A stretch of DNA of 64,000 nucleotides from Octopus vulgaris (Eukaryota): assembly GCA_951406725.2 (NCBI GenBank), contig OX597815.1:49290001-49354000 (forward strand), read 5' to 3'. The first letter of the stretch is position 1. Each line of letters opens with the position of its first letter. This document shows, one piece after another, positions 23,801-38,836 of the stretch. The notes below the pieces were generated by a model. The model was not told where the DNA came from. It saw only the letters and a list, made by a program, of their open reading frames with translations, and made no database searches. Both the position numbers and the translations under genes were made by a program.

Positions 23801-24049
23801 TGGTTGATGTGAATGGTGAATGGTGATTTTATTGAATAAATTTACTCTTTAGTATATCAAGATAATATTATGTAATTTTAGTAAATATATCTGTTATTAT
23901 ATTATCTTATATTATATCATTATAAGATTGTAAATAAAACGTGAAAATCAGACAAGGTTGGAATTCCTTTTATTAATATATTCTTCTATACACAATCACA
24001 CATACCTGTATATATATCTATATATATATATATATGCATGCAATAAGCA

Positions 24050-24570
24050 TCATTGCCAGTGCTACCTGACTGTATTCCTGTGCCGGTGGCATGTGAAAAC
24101 CACCATCCAAACATGGTCGATGCCAGCCCTACTGACCTAACTGGCTCCTGTACTGGTAGCATGTAAAAAGCGCCATCCAAATGTGACTGATGCTAATGCT
24201 GCCTGACTGGCTCCCATGCCAGTGGAACGCAAAAAGCACCCACTACACTCTCGGAACGGTTGGTGTTAGGAAGGGCATCCAGCAGTAGAAACATTTGCCA
24301 GATCAGATTGGAGCCTGGTGAGGCCTCCTGGCTTGCCAGTCCCCAGTCAAACCATCCAACTTATGCTAGCATGGAAAACGATGATGATGATGATATATAT
24401 ATGACAGGCTTCTTTCAGTTTCCATCTACCAAACCCTCTCACAAGGCTCTTAGTTGGCCTGAGGCTTTAGTACAAAACACTTGCCTAAGGTGTCATGCAA
24501 TGGGACTGAACCTGGATTCATGTGGTTGGGAAGCAAACTTCTTACCACACAGCCAAGGCAGCACCTAGGC
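24050..24570. mobile_element. SINE family B (+, 24050-24392) abutting SINE family A (-, 24403-24570)
   Basis: Family B tandem ggcatgtaaaaagc units and (GAT)n tail, followed by the reverse-complement family A head. Confidence 0.85.
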
Positions 24571-25384
24571 CTTAAAATAAAATGAAGTTCTCAGCTGTGG
24601 AAAGGGTGGAACCACAGCTTGATCTGCTAGAAATATCAGCAAAATGTTCGTCGAATCATTACCACCATTATAAAAAGGCAAGAGTACATTGGACAGTATA
24701 GTCCTTGATACACTAGACCTGAAACAAAAATGACAGAATGATTGTGGCTTGAATGCTGGGTCACCCTTACATACTCTCCTCTCTCTCTGTCATGTTTTAA
24801 AATTTTTTTGTTATATAAAAGCTGAGTATCAACATTCAAAATATTGACTGGAAAGCAAACTTCTTAGACATTCACCTACACCAGTGCCTACAAGCAGGGC
24901 TGGATTTAGATATAGGCTAAACAAACTTCAACAAAGGACCTGGAAATCTACAGGGACTTCGAAATAATTAGAAGGCGTATATGTTTTTAATTTTTATGAG
25001 ATGTTCTGAAGTAATTTTTTTAACAAGAGACCTCCAAGCTTTATATTCCCTAAAGTCTCATCAAGAGCTGAATCTGGCAATGTCTATAGGTGTGTTAGTA
25101 TCTATTATTTTATTTTATTTGGGAGCTAAAATTTCACAAATTATAACAACTGATGTCGTGTTTTCAATTTTGTTCATGTATGTGTATCAATGTTTGTGTG
25201 TGTGTGTATGTGTGTGAGGGGAGAGAGATAGGGTATGAGCATGTGAGGGAGAGTGTGTGTTTGTGTGTGAGTGTGCATATAGATATATATATATGTATGT
25301 GTGTGTGTGCATCCATATGCACACACACAATCATCCTAATCATTGTCTTTTCACCTTTGTTTTTTATCCCTTGTCTACATAGGA

Positions 25385-25775
25385 CACTGGCACTGTATCT
25401 TACTATTTGTTGTGTTTCTTCACCATTTCCTTCATGTGGTTCAAACCTCCTGATATCTACTTTCATCACTTCATTCCATATCTTCCTTCATCAACCTTTT
25501 ACCACAGGATCCATCCATTTAAATCCCTATGCATTTCTTTAACCAACCATCATCCTCCATATACCTCACATGCTCATACCAGTTCAGTCTTCCGTCTATC
25601 ACACTAGATCTGATTTTCTTAACCTTCGCTTTACATTTTGCTCACTTGTGCTCTGTCATTCATTTATACAAACATTACACATCCATCAGAGCATGCTTGC
25701 CTCATTTCTTTCCAGCATTCAAATATCCTCACCATTCAACACTCATGTTCCGCTACTATGCAACATTGCACTTTG
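25385..25775 (-). pseudogene. Degenerate RTE LINE 3' ORF region
   Basis: Minus fragments AMLHSSGT*, ASML*WMCNV, WYEHVRYMEDDGWLKKC and RKIWNEVMKVDIRR correspond to the RTE post-RT motifs (LRWMC, RWYGHV, RKTW). Confidence 0.7.
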
Positions 25776-26129
25776 TACATAAGCATCATAGTGAGTGAGT
25801 GAGTGAGTAAGTGAGCGAGAGAGTGAGTGATTGATTGAGAGTGAGAGAGAGAGAGTTAGAGAGAGAATCCTTTTGTTGCCAACAGAAGTAGTAACTCTCT
25901 GAACCTTTACCTGGACTTAGGAGAAAAGCTTCACTGAAAATAATTTAAATAGGTGTATAGCTGGAATGGTAAGAAATGGCTGGAATGCTTCTTAGCTCCC
26001 AAAATATACAAAGACTCAACAACTGTAAAGAAACGAAGAAGTATTAGTTGTACATGAGATGCCAGACAGAAAGAGGAAAGAAATTCTCCGCATTTATAAT
26101 TGGTGACAATTTTAGAGAATCATAGATAA

Positions 26130-26250
26130 GAGAATATATAAATATATATATAGATATAGATATAGATATAGATATCTATATATACACACATATATATACA
26201 CACACACACACATATATATATATATACACATATATATATACACATATATA

Positions 26251-26292
<42 letters not shown>

Positions 26293-26592
26293 CATACATA
26301 TATATATATGTATACATATATATATATAGGAATATATATATTAAAATTATTTATATATAAGGTACATATATATATATATATATATAGAAAAAACATGTAT
26401 ATATATTTGCTCACACATACATATATACAAACTCACATACATATATATGTGCATACATGTGTGTTTTTATGTTTGTGTGTGTGCATATGTATACACACTC
26501 ACACAAATATACATATTCTTGCTTATAATATATGCACACACCTACACACACCCACACACGTGTGTGTATATAGTACACACGCATACACACAT
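26130..26592. repeat. Compound (TA)n/(CA)n low-complexity block
   Basis: Direct inspection. Confidence 0.95.
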
Positions 26593-27540
26593 AACAGTGC
26601 CAAAGATATTTTGGCAATAGTTTGGTTGAAGAACGTCAGAATTGGTTAATGCTTAGTGGTCCATGTGACTTGAAATGCCAATGAAAACATTAGTAAATGA
26701 GGAAGATACAGAAACACCTGGATTGTTCCAGAGATAGACAGAGAGAGAATGAACAGGAAGAGGCACAAGGAGAGAGAGAGAGAGAGAGAGAGGGAGATTA
26801 TAGAGAAAGGGTGAGAAATAGGAGCAAGTTATATATATATATATATATATATATAAAGAGAAAGAGAGAGAGAGAGAGAGAGAGAAGAGGAAGTGATGGA
26901 AAGAGAGGCAAGAATGGAATGGGTGGAGGCTGAGATGACGAAGATGGAGAGAGAAACGCATAAAGATGGAAGCTGGTAAACAACTCGATGAAGGACTAAT
27001 TTGAAGTGTCTTCATATTTCTGCAGCTTATGATGAGTTCCAGCTGGTGAAGTTGATATGTTGTTGTTGTAGTTCTTGGTGTTGTTGTTGTTGATAAAATG
27101 GCAAGCGGTCAACATTTTGTATCATTTAAATGGTGCCATGCTGTGTCCCCAACTAAAACATTTATTTCAGAACAGTTCCATGCACCAAGTTAAGTGTTAT
27201 ATGCCATTTTCATCTCCTCTGTTATAAACACTGAAAGTGTTTCACAATTGAAGGTTTTATGTCTAGATCTGAAATCAGTATTTTTATGATTAAATCTTTG
27301 GTAGCTTGTGTTAATTAACCCTAATTTACTTCAGAAAAATATCCAATAGATTTAGACACATGTATTTCCTCCACTTAGTTCCTGGAAAATCAGGAGAAAT
27401 TTTTGCAGATTGTAAAAACATACAGCTAAGTAGACTCTGTGTTGTTACTTAGCTGTCAGAAATGGTACCCAAATATCCCTTAAATCACACCCAACCATCT
27501 CAAAAATTATGATATCTAAGATTAATTTGAATAATATAAT

Positions 27541-27720
27541 ATGGCTGGATGTGATTGGGAAAGATCTCCAGAGGCTTGACATCACCTTGGAGGATGTAGA
27601 CAGGCTGGCATGGGACTGCCAGCAATGGTAAGCGTTGGTGGACTTGATCAGATTTTTGCATGATGATGCCTCTGGGACCATTAACCTGGGATGAACTCCA
27701 CCCACTCCACTCCACTCATG
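27541..27720 (+). mobile_element. LINE (RTE-like) extreme 3' fragment
   Basis: WLDVIGKDLQRLDITLEDVDRLAWDCQQW*ALV resembles the W.D.I..DL...A.DR..W terminus. Tail (ccact)3. Confidence 0.6.
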
Positions 27721-27999
27721 CAAGAGCATGATGCAAGCAAGTAAAATTAGATACATGATATTTTCTTCTTGCATTTTTGTTCTCTGTTGTGCCACATTCT
27801 AATTCATTCTTGGATAATTTCAGAAGCATGGGAAGCTTTCTTTTTTTTTGTTTTACTTTATTTTTAGAAGCAGATGTTTCTTGTCCCTCAATCAAATTTT
27901 CCTATTTATAGAGAGAAGTATATCATGTATGATGGCCTCTCATCATTCTTCTCACAGCATGATTTATTTATTTCCTATAAAAAAGAGAAAATAATCTTC

Positions 28000-28880
28000 C
28001 CAGTTTTTGTTAGGTACTTCATCTATTGACCTCAGAATGATAAAAGTCATAGTTAATCTGAATGGTTTTTGAACTCAGAGTCCAAAGGCAAGAACAAGTA
28101 TTGCAAGACATTCTATCTGATATGCAAATGACTATACCAACCGACTACACAATATCTGAGAAAAACAAAAGATAACAGATGGCATGAAATGCTTTTGATT
28201 ATGGATCAGCTTAAGGTTGACCTGGGGCTAAACAACAAAATCATATTGATTTCAAAGTTTGACACAAGACCAGCAATTCTGGAGAAGTGGGTAAGTCAAT
28301 TACATCAACCTTAGTACTCAGCTGCTTCTTATCTTATTGACTCTGAAAGGATGAAAGACAAAGTCGACCTTGATAGAATTTGAACTCATAATGTAAAGAC
28401 AGACAAAATGCTCACAAACTTTTTTTCCAACATGCTAATGATTCAGCCAGCTCACTGCCTTTGGTTTCAAATTTTAGCACAAGACCAGTAATTTCAGGCA
28501 AAGGGTTAAGTCAATTACATCGAGCCCAGTACTCAACTGGTTTGCTATTTATTTTATTGACCCCCAAAACGAGTAAAGGCAATGCTGCAAAGCACTGTGC
28601 CTGACATGCTAATGATTCTACCAGCTCACATTTCCTTAAATGTCAAAATTACATTAATAGTAAAGAATAAAATCTAGATGGAAATATTTTTTTCTACTCT
28701 AGGCACAAGGCCTGAAATTTTTGGGGAGGGAGGCCAGTCGATTAGATTGACCCCAGTATGCAACTGGTACTTAATTTATCGACCCCAAAAGGACGAAAGG
28801 CAAAGTTGACCTCGGAGGAATTTGAGCTCAGAATGTAAAGACAGACGAAATACCACTAAGCATTTTGCCCAGTGTGCTAT
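28000..28880 (-). mobile_element. Second head-to-tail cluster of SINE family C (4 copies)
   Basis: Units at ~28000-28140, 28250-28460, 28462-28630 and 28690-28880, same orientation as the 6410-8560 cluster. Confidence 0.85.
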
Positions 28881-30239
28881 GAAATAAAGCAGGGATTCAT
28901 ATTTTGAGTCTATGATTCTTGTATGACACTCTACAAGAAGGATTGAAGTTTACTATGAATCTTTAAGAAGTGAAATTCGAATGCCTGCGCATCTTGAAAA
29001 CACGTCACCATTTTTATACATATGGTAATCATCATCACCATTGTTTTAATGCAGGCACGTGCCATCAGTAAATACTCAGAGTAAGCAGTTGGTGACCTTT
29101 ATGTAGTAAAACATACAAAAAATAAGTGAAACACAGGCATGCAACTGAGTTGTAGGCAGATTTACTTCTGCCTTTATAGAACGTAAAGAAAACGCTGTTG
29201 TAGGAATGAATGTTGCATGTGTACTACAGCAGTATTATGCATAGCTTAGAACTGAGACTGAAAAGCAGGGATGCATTATGCCTACCTAATCTATAAAAAA
29301 ATTATATATTTTGCATCTTACACATAGTAATCAGAGAAGCCTTCATGATTTTATTGAATTAGGTGCATAGTTTGCCATGAAAGGAAAATGTTGCTATTGA
29401 TCTATTTTATCTGTGCTTGCATTGCATAGGACAGAATTCACTGAGGTGGATTTTCTACAGCTGGATGCCCTTCCTGTTGCCAACTTTCTCCTGTTTCTCA
29501 GGAAGGTAATATTTCCCCATGACTGGACATGTTTATATAGGGGAAATGAAGAACATGGAAGAAATGAACAACATGAAAAAAAAAATGAATGACATGGAAA
29601 ACAATACCGACACTCCTCTACAGCCATCATATGATGTCAAGACAACAAAATATCTCCCTCCATATACACTCCTATTTATATATGATAGCCTACCAAATTC
29701 ATTCACAAGGTTTTGGTTGGCCTGGGGGCTATAGTAGAAGATATTTATCTAAGGTTCCACACAGTTGAATTGAATCCAAAACCATACAGGTGGGAAGCAA
29801 ATTTCTTAACTATACAACATGTGTGCCCATTCCATACTTGGACCTATGAAAAAAAAAGATAAGCACTTAATATTCAACTTGAAATGATACTTTTCTAAAA
29901 AACAAAAAGACCATTCTGTGTGACATGTGCACTAATACTTTATTATTTAATTTGAAAAATTTTTCTTTTTTTTTTTTTAGCATATTCGTCATTTCCAACA
30001 TGTAAAAACCTAGTAATCGGACAAAGTTTTGAGGTGGAGATTTTTCAAAAAACAAAAGACATACAAGAAATAAAGAAAAACAGGCTTCATTTCTTTGGCA
30101 AAGTGTTTTAGTTGAAGCAGTAATGTCTATTTTACCATCATGGATAAATGATTAAAGATAGATATGTCATTCTTCTCATAGATATAATTAGTTTTTGTTT
30201 CCAATCTAAAGTGTTGTTGTTGTTGTTATTGTTATTGTT

Positions 30240-30470
30240 GTTTTATCTGTTTCAGTCATTAAACTGTGGCCATGCTGGAGCACTGCCTTTGAACACTTTT
30301 AGTTGAATGAATCGACCCCAGTACTTATTTTTTGTTAAAGCCTAGTACTCATTCTATTGGTCTCTTATTGCGGAACCACTAAGTTATGGGAATGTAAACA
30401 AACCAATACTGGATTCAACAAGCCACTAACTTATTGGAATGAACACAAAACCAATCAAATGGTGGTGGGG
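30240..30470 (-). mobile_element. SINE family A, 3' half
   Basis: tgtttcagtcattaaactgtggccatgctggagcactgcc... Confidence 0.8.
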
Positions 30471-30599
30471 AATTTCACATCCGTTGTTTTTTTGTTTGTT
30501 TTCTGTTATTGTAATTGAACCTTAGTTTGTTTTAATACAGCAGGCCTGTTTTAAAAAGACTTTCCAATCATGGCACCTTCATCTATTTGTCCTTTTACC

Positions 30600-31885
30600 T
30601 TTTATTTACTATACACATTAGGCTGCAGCTATGCTGGGACACCACCTTGAAGAATTTTAGTCAAACAAATCGACTATAGTTTTTTTTTTCTTTTTTTTTA
30701 ACCTGGTGCTTATCCTGTTGGTCTCTGTTGCAGAACCGTTAAGTTACAGGGATGTAAAAACACCAACACCGGTTGTCAGTTAGTAGTGGTTGGGGGACAA
30801 ACACAGAAACAAAGACATACTCACACATATACACATATTCACACACTTTCACACATATATATAAGGTGTCCTAAAAGTCACTGATGGGTTTCAATTTTTA
30901 ATAACTTCCTTAACTCTACAAATAAATGCATGGAATTTTGATACAATATAAAGGACATAATGCACAAGTCAAATTTTGCAACACCACTACACCAAATATG
31001 AAAAAGGACGTCACTTCAATGGAAACCATTTTCAACTTCTCACGCCCGTGCTCTTTCCAAAACTTGCACAATAACACCCTCGAGGATTTCAGACCCCACT
31101 TCTCTGATTTCTCTATTGATGTTCTTCAGTTGCAGCAGGGTCTCTGGTTTATTGATGTAAACCTTCTCTTTCAGGTATCTCCACAAGGAAATATCTGGGC
31201 TAGTCAAGTCTAGGGTACATGAAGGCCAGTTGACATTGCGGTAGAGGGAGATTATTCTCTCTCCAAAAGCACTGCTCTAGCAATTGCATTGTTTCTCTTG
31301 TGGTATGAGCAATTGCCCCATCTTGCTGGAACCATGTGTGAGGTCTACATTGAATGGCCAGGCGCAAAAATGTCTCAATGATGGATACCTGAAAGAGAGG
31401 GTTTACGTCAGCAAACTGGAGACCCTAGTGCAACTGTAGGAGAATATCAATAGAGAAAGTGGGATCTGAGGGTGTTATAGTGCAAGTTTTGGAAAGAGCA
31501 TGGACATGTGAAGCCGAAAATGGCTGCCATTTAAGTGATGTCATTTTTCATATGTGATGTAGTGGTGTTGCAAAATCTAATTTGTGCATATTAATTTCCA
31601 TTGTGTCCTTTATATTGTATCAAAATTTCATGCCTTTATTTGTAGAGTTAAGAAAGTTATTAAAAATTGAAACCATCAGTGATTTTTGGGACACCCTGTA
31701 TATTTATATACATATGTATACGATGGGTTTCTTTTAGTTTCAGTCTACCAAATCCATTCACAAGGCTCTGGTTAGCCCCAGGCTATAGTAGAAGACACTT
31801 ACCCTAGGTGCCACACAGTGGGACTGAACTCAAACCATGTGGTTTGGAAGAAAACTTCTTACCACACAGCCACACCTATGCCTAT
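30600..31885 (-). mobile_element. SINE family A split by a transposon inserted in its internal (TA)n
   Basis: The 3' half (30600-30860) and 5' half (31715-31885) are collinear and flank the element at 30863-31698. Confidence 0.8.
30863..31698. mobile_element. Tc1/mariner-superfamily foldback element built from two transposase 3' ends
   Basis: TA-flanked termini aggtgtcctaaaagtcactgat / atcagtgatttttgggacaccctg. Arms of about 300 bp. Minus: WFQQDGAIAH...WPSCTLDLTSPDISLWRYLKEKVY. Plus (31384): GYLKERVYVSKLETL. Confidence 0.88.
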
Positions 31886-32402
31886 ATTTGTTTTTACTTT
31901 TTGTTAAACATAGCTTATCTAAGTTTACATTATCCAACATGTTCTTTGTTTTTTAAAGACAGTGAAGTGAGAATGTAGTTCTATAGAGATTTTTCTGCTA
32001 CTTCTAGCAAGTTGATTGACTTCTCAGAAGTTCCTCTCTCAGTTCATTACCAATCTGACTCCTTCCAATGTTCATCCATCAATAGCTTACTAATTCCTGT
32101 GACAATTCTTTCTTAGAATAAATCAATCTATTGATCCTGGAAAAAAGGTGTCAGTCTTTCAACTTGAAGTGAGATAGCATTAAATTTTATTTGTAGTTAT
32201 TGTTGTTATTTTATGGTCTGCCCCTTAGCTACAACAATTAAGTCTTTCCTAATTAAATAGAAAATCATTCTATTACACTCTAAAGTTGTAAATATGATGG
32301 ACTAAACTAGCTGTTATTGAACCAAAGTATCATGTCTTTAGCATTTAACGTTCCCACACAAGTAAATTTAGTACACTTCACTTTACACCAAATACAATAC
32401 CA

Positions 32403-32730
32403 ATGCTGGCACTCTGTCAGTTATGACGACAAAGTTTCCAGTTGATTTGATCAACAGAACAGTCAGCTTATGAAGAAAACATGCAAGTGGTTGAGCACTC
32501 CACAGACACATGTACCCTTAATGTAGTTCTCAGGGAGAGTCAATGTGACTGAGTGTGTGACAAGGCTGACCCTTTGAAATACAGATACTACTCATTTTTG
32601 CCAACTGAGTGGACTGGAGCACCATGAAATAAGGTATCTTGCTCAAGGACACAACGTGCCACTGGGAATTGAATTCATGACCTTGTGATCATAAGCCAAA
32701 TGCCCTAACCACTAAGCCATGTGCCTTCAC
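32403..32730 (-). mobile_element. tRNA-derived SINE family D
   Basis: Reverse complement of 44843-45165. Confidence 0.88.
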
Positions 32731-33124
32731 ACTAAAAAATCACAAAATACCAATGTTAAAAGATCACAAGATACCAAAAGTAAAATAATATATTTAGAAC
32801 ATGTGTATTTGTGCTATGGAATGAATCTTGGGAGTATATTCCACCACTGCCAAATTTTTGGCAAAATATCTCAGGTGTTGCAGTGACTTTAGTTTTTGGT
32901 ATATCAACTAATACCAATCTCCATTTACCTCATAGAAAATGTTGATTAGCTTACAAACTAATTTGCATTTAGTGTTAGTTTGACAACTGTTAAAAATTCT
33001 GTTGAGATCAAGTGAATGCACATCCGTATATTACATTTCTTGTTAAGTACATCTACTTACATGGTTAACTACAAGAACTTTGAGCCAACATAGAAATTTT
33101 AATGTCAGTAATTCTCATATACTT

Positions 33125-33422
33125 TTTATCTATAGATCCCTTTGATTACTATTTTATTCTGGTAGACTCCCATCGACATTTGATGTTTAAAAACTAGTGT
33201 TAAAAATACTTCTTTCAAAATTCCTATTTTTGTTTTTCACACATCAACATGTGTAGGTTGAACTATGTAAAATGTTAGTGAAAGAAGCCTAGCTGTTTCT
33301 TGCAATAGAGAGATTAAAATCAAAACATGGACATTTATAATAGCAGTGTGGGTCTCAATTTACTATTTTGCAAGCATGGATTCCTAAAAATCTTATATGG
33401 ACCCTTTGGTTTAGAACCAGTG
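33125..33422. mobile_element. hAT MITE, inverted relative to the copy at 17873
   Basis: cttctttcaaaattcctatttttg...gtaggttgaactatgtaaaa is the reverse complement of 18030-18100. Confidence 0.8.
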
Positions 33423-34514
33423 TTCACAAGACATGCTAGAAATAACAGTTAAATAAGCATCAAATTACACCCTCACCATCTTGGGAAATAGAAAGGATAC
33501 ATAATGTAATATATCCTACATTCCTTTAAAAAGAATAGCATGGTAAGGGTTATGGTTGGCGTAATTTTTGATTATAAGGTTTGGTCAAAAAGGGTTGACC
33601 TGGGGCTGAACAGTGACCACTAAAACAACTACTACTTTAATCTGATGACTAAATCTTGTACACAGGTTAATCTCTATTCAGTAAACTCATTCACAAGGCT
33701 TATCAAGAGGTCAAGTCAAGTCATACCCTTAACATTTCTGCCAGTGAGGCATTTGAATATTTTGGCTTATTTTTTCCATTCTTGAAGTGCAAGTCATGCA
33801 TAAAATTATTGCAATACATTTATACATACATATACACAGGCCATGTAACAACACATGTGCTTTTTCCAGACTATGTTCCCCTCTCTCCTTTTCCTCCTCT
33901 CTGAACTTTTCCTCTTTCTGACAAAGAGCCATGCTTGAAATATCACTCCTACTTTTTCCATCTAAAACTTTCACTGAACATCAATCTGATACATTAATAT
34001 ATTGCTTCATCTGCTACAATTTGGAAACCTAGATTTCATAATTATTCTCATTCATTTAAGTATAGAAGAAAACTTAATTTACAAATCTTAGTAAATGCAT
34101 TTAGAATTTAAAAGATAGGAACATTAAGTATGATTTAAAATGGTCCATTATTAGTTATGTACCATCATAAAATATTGGTAATTCTAAATGTGATACTTGC
34201 CTTGAAGAAGTGTATTATATAATTACTTCTAAATTAATTTTAGTGAATTTTAATAAGAACTTTACAATAAGATGTTGCCATAAATTTCAAAAGACATTCA
34301 AATATTTCAATCCTTAATTATAAAAGTTTTTCATATATTATATAACAAGATTAGTTTATCTAAAAGGTTTTTATAAATGTAATAAATAGCTAATTAATTG
34401 TTGTGATGTAAAGTCTCTGTTTCTAATAATCAATAGTTGTATACAAAAATGACCTTTCTTAAATAAGTTTATTTTTTTATTTTTCTAATTTTTTAGTTAT
34501 CCAATGACATAACC

Positions 34515-34734
34515 ATTGCAGCGTGGAAGGTGTTTGTAAGCCAATTAAGAAACACACAAAAGCCGTTCGATTCACTTCAACATTTAAGTTTAATTTGTCA
34601 AAACTTAAATGTTGAAGTGAATCGAATGGCTTTTGTGTTTCTTAAATTGGCTTACAAACACCTTCCATGCTGCAATTGTTTTCGTTTCAGCACACGGTCT
34701 CAGATCAAATTACTTGCTATGCAAGTACATCTCC
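34515..34734. mobile_element. Short insertion forming a ~77-bp near-perfect hairpin, with a 12-bp TSD
   Basis: Arms 34515-34591 and 34601-34676, 9-nt loop, ~58-bp unpaired extension. gacataaccatt is duplicated at 34506-34517 and 34735-34746. Confidence 0.85.
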
Positions 34735-34920
34735 GACATAACCATTAGTTGAATACAACAATGTCTTAAGTTGAATTCGTTTTAAGCAATTTTTTGTAGG
34801 TGTTTTATTACTGGTTAATACTCAGACGTTCAATTTCAATTTCACTAATTCTGGAATGCCTTAATAACATTGTGTTAACATATATTTTAGGAAATGATAA
34901 TATTAATTTTAATGATATTT

Positions 34921-34950
<30 letters not shown>

Positions 34951-34951
<1 letters not shown>

Positions 34952-35053
34952 CATCATCATCATCATTGTTTAACGTCCGTTTTCCATGCTAGTATGGGTT
35001 GGACGGTTTGACCAGGGTCTGGGAAGCCAGGAGGCTGCAGCAGGCTCCAGTCA
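34951..35053 (-). mobile_element. SINE family B 3' end
   Basis: (CAT)n tgtttaacgtccgttttccatgctag... Confidence 0.85.
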
Positions 35054-35989
35054 TACGTACATACATACATACACACACATGCACACACACACACACATAC
35101 ACACATATATGTATGTATGTATGGTAATGGTAAGCCGAGATCTATAATAAAGATGTAAATTTCTCTATATGTATATATATATATATACACATATACATAT
35201 ACATACATACATACATACATACATACATACATACATACATACATACATACATACATACATAAAAATACACACATATATATCATCTCTGCCTGAGGAGTTG
35301 TTGGTTTGATTATCTACACTGCACTTAATAAGTTTCATCTATGGATTGCATTACTGGTGATATGATTAATTAATTATCAGATTCTGAACCATATGTAACA
35401 GATGTAATTAAAGAAATACTCTTTTTTTTCTCTCATTATGTATTCATATATGCACACACAGTGATTAGATCATGGTTTTAGTCAGTCATGGCTCACCAGA
35501 GCTCTAGTCAGGGCTGACTAAGGCTAACCAGTGATAGCCACAACTGGCCAGCCTATAGCAAGAACAAGTGGTAAATTCATAGCATGAAAAACAAATGCAG
35601 TTTTTTGAGAAATAAAAAGAATTTTAAATATAGTTCTGTTACATAGATTATATTCAGTATTTTTGTTGCCACTAAGTTATCAATAGATTTATTCATTATT
35701 TATTTTCATTTAATTATTTATTGATCTCTACATTGGCAAGAGTGGGGATGAAGGTTGTTGGTATTCTGGCTTAGAACAAGTTTTCAACTTTAACTTGATC
35801 AGGACACCAATAAATTGATGTCTTTGATGAGGTAATTTATTCATATTAGTGGTTGGCTGAGGTGTGCTGGCTAGTCTTGACATAGCATCTGTCTGCCTCA
35901 CACATCTGCGCATGTGTGAGTGTGTTTCTGTGTTGTAGGTGACTGTATGTGGCCTTAGTCTTAGTGATTGATTTGGTCATAGTAGTGAT

Positions 35990-37100
<1,111 letters not shown>

Positions 37101-37294
37101 CCATTACAGCGCTTGTGTTATGCCTGATATCAATAGTCACACCATACGCTCTTCAAATTAGATGCATTGGATGATGGCCAGAAAAATGCCTGATGAGTAT
37201 AAATGAGAAACTCTTAGCAACATTGCAAGTAAGCTCCAATTTGACTAAATGCTCTGCTACACACACACACACACACACAAACACAAACATATCT

Positions 37295-38822
37295 TTTATA
37301 TTTTATTTTTCATGTGTTTCAGTCATTAGACTGCAACCATGCTGGAGCACTGCCTTGAGGAATTTTTACTCGAACAAATAACTCCAGTACTGATTCTTTT
37401 TTTTTTTTGCAAGCCTGATTGTTTCAGTCTCTTTTGCTAGACTGCTAAGTTACAGAGATGTAAACAAACCAATACCTGTTGCCAAGTGGTGGTGGAGAAC
37501 AAACACTGACACCTCCCCCTACACATATATATGATGATTGCTTCATTTTGAGAGATGATAGCCATCCCATCAACACACAAACCACACCCCATCACGCAGC
37601 ACAATCCCTCCATTGATGAGCCCTTCAATGACTTTTAAGACCAGCTGCTGACTGACAGGGTTTAAAATACAAGTGACAGATACTATTTAATTTTCTTCTA
37701 CATCTTTGCCCTTTGGAATCCGATTCTGAAGGAATGTCTTTGTGAACTAGCATATGTCTTTTAAATCCATATATAAGTTTTGTGACTTATGGCACAAGTC
37801 ATAAGAGGGGTTGGGGTTCAAGATCGTTATCTACCTGGGCATTTCAGTTTTCATGTGATTTCATAGGATTCATATATCCTGCTTTTGGCAACAGAACACA
37901 GTCACATATAGTACATATCTAATGTTCACTGTTGACTTCACTTCCAATGGTTCCTTTGCAACAGACCTTTTTAAGCTCAGAGGGCTGAATCATATATAAC
38001 AGGTTTCTTTCAGTTTCCGTCTACCAAATCCACTCACAAGGCTTTGGTCGGCCTGAAGCTGTAGTAGAAGACACTTACCCAAGGTGCAATGCAGTAGGAC
38101 TGAACCCAGAACCATGTTGTTGGAGAGCAGACCTCTTACCACACAGCCATGACTGCACCTATATACATATTTAATCATACACATACATGTACATACATGA
38201 TACTTGTTACCTCTTCTGCGACTGTCTTCATTTTAACATCCACTTTTCAATGTCTGCATGAGTCGGATAACATGTACTGATGCAGATCTTTCTAGAGCTG
38301 GCAGCTCTTCTTGTCACCCACCTGCAACTGCTAGTAATTAAGGTGATATTTGCCTCAGTTCTTTAAACAATGAATAACTCAATGGCCAAATATGTTCTCA
38401 CTTAATCAAAATATTTCAGCATAGTTATTCTTTTGTTCTTGTACTTGTTTCAATCATTTGACTGCAGCCATACTGAATCATTGCCTTGAAGGGTTTTAGT
38501 CGAACAGTTTGACCCCAGTACTAATATTTGTTAAGCCTGGTATTTATTCTATGACTTTCTTTTACCAAACTGCTAAGTTACAGGGATATAAACAGACCAA
38601 CACTGGTTGTCAAGCAGTGGTGGGGGGACAAATGCAAACAATAAGACACACACACAAACACACACATATATGTATGCATATATATATGTGTGTGTGTGTG
38701 TATATATATATATACATGATGGGCTTCTTTCAGTTTCTGTCTACCAAATCCATTCACAAGGCTTTGGTTGACCTGAAGCTGTAGTAGAAGACACTTGCCC
38801 AAGATGCCACACACCCATGCCT
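37295..38822 (-). mobile_element. Three SINE family A pieces (37295-37520, 37995-38160, 38430-38822) and a decayed family B piece (~38230-38350)
   Basis: Family-diagnostic motifs as in the copies above. Confidence 0.8.
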
Positions 38823-38836
38823 AACTTAATACAATA

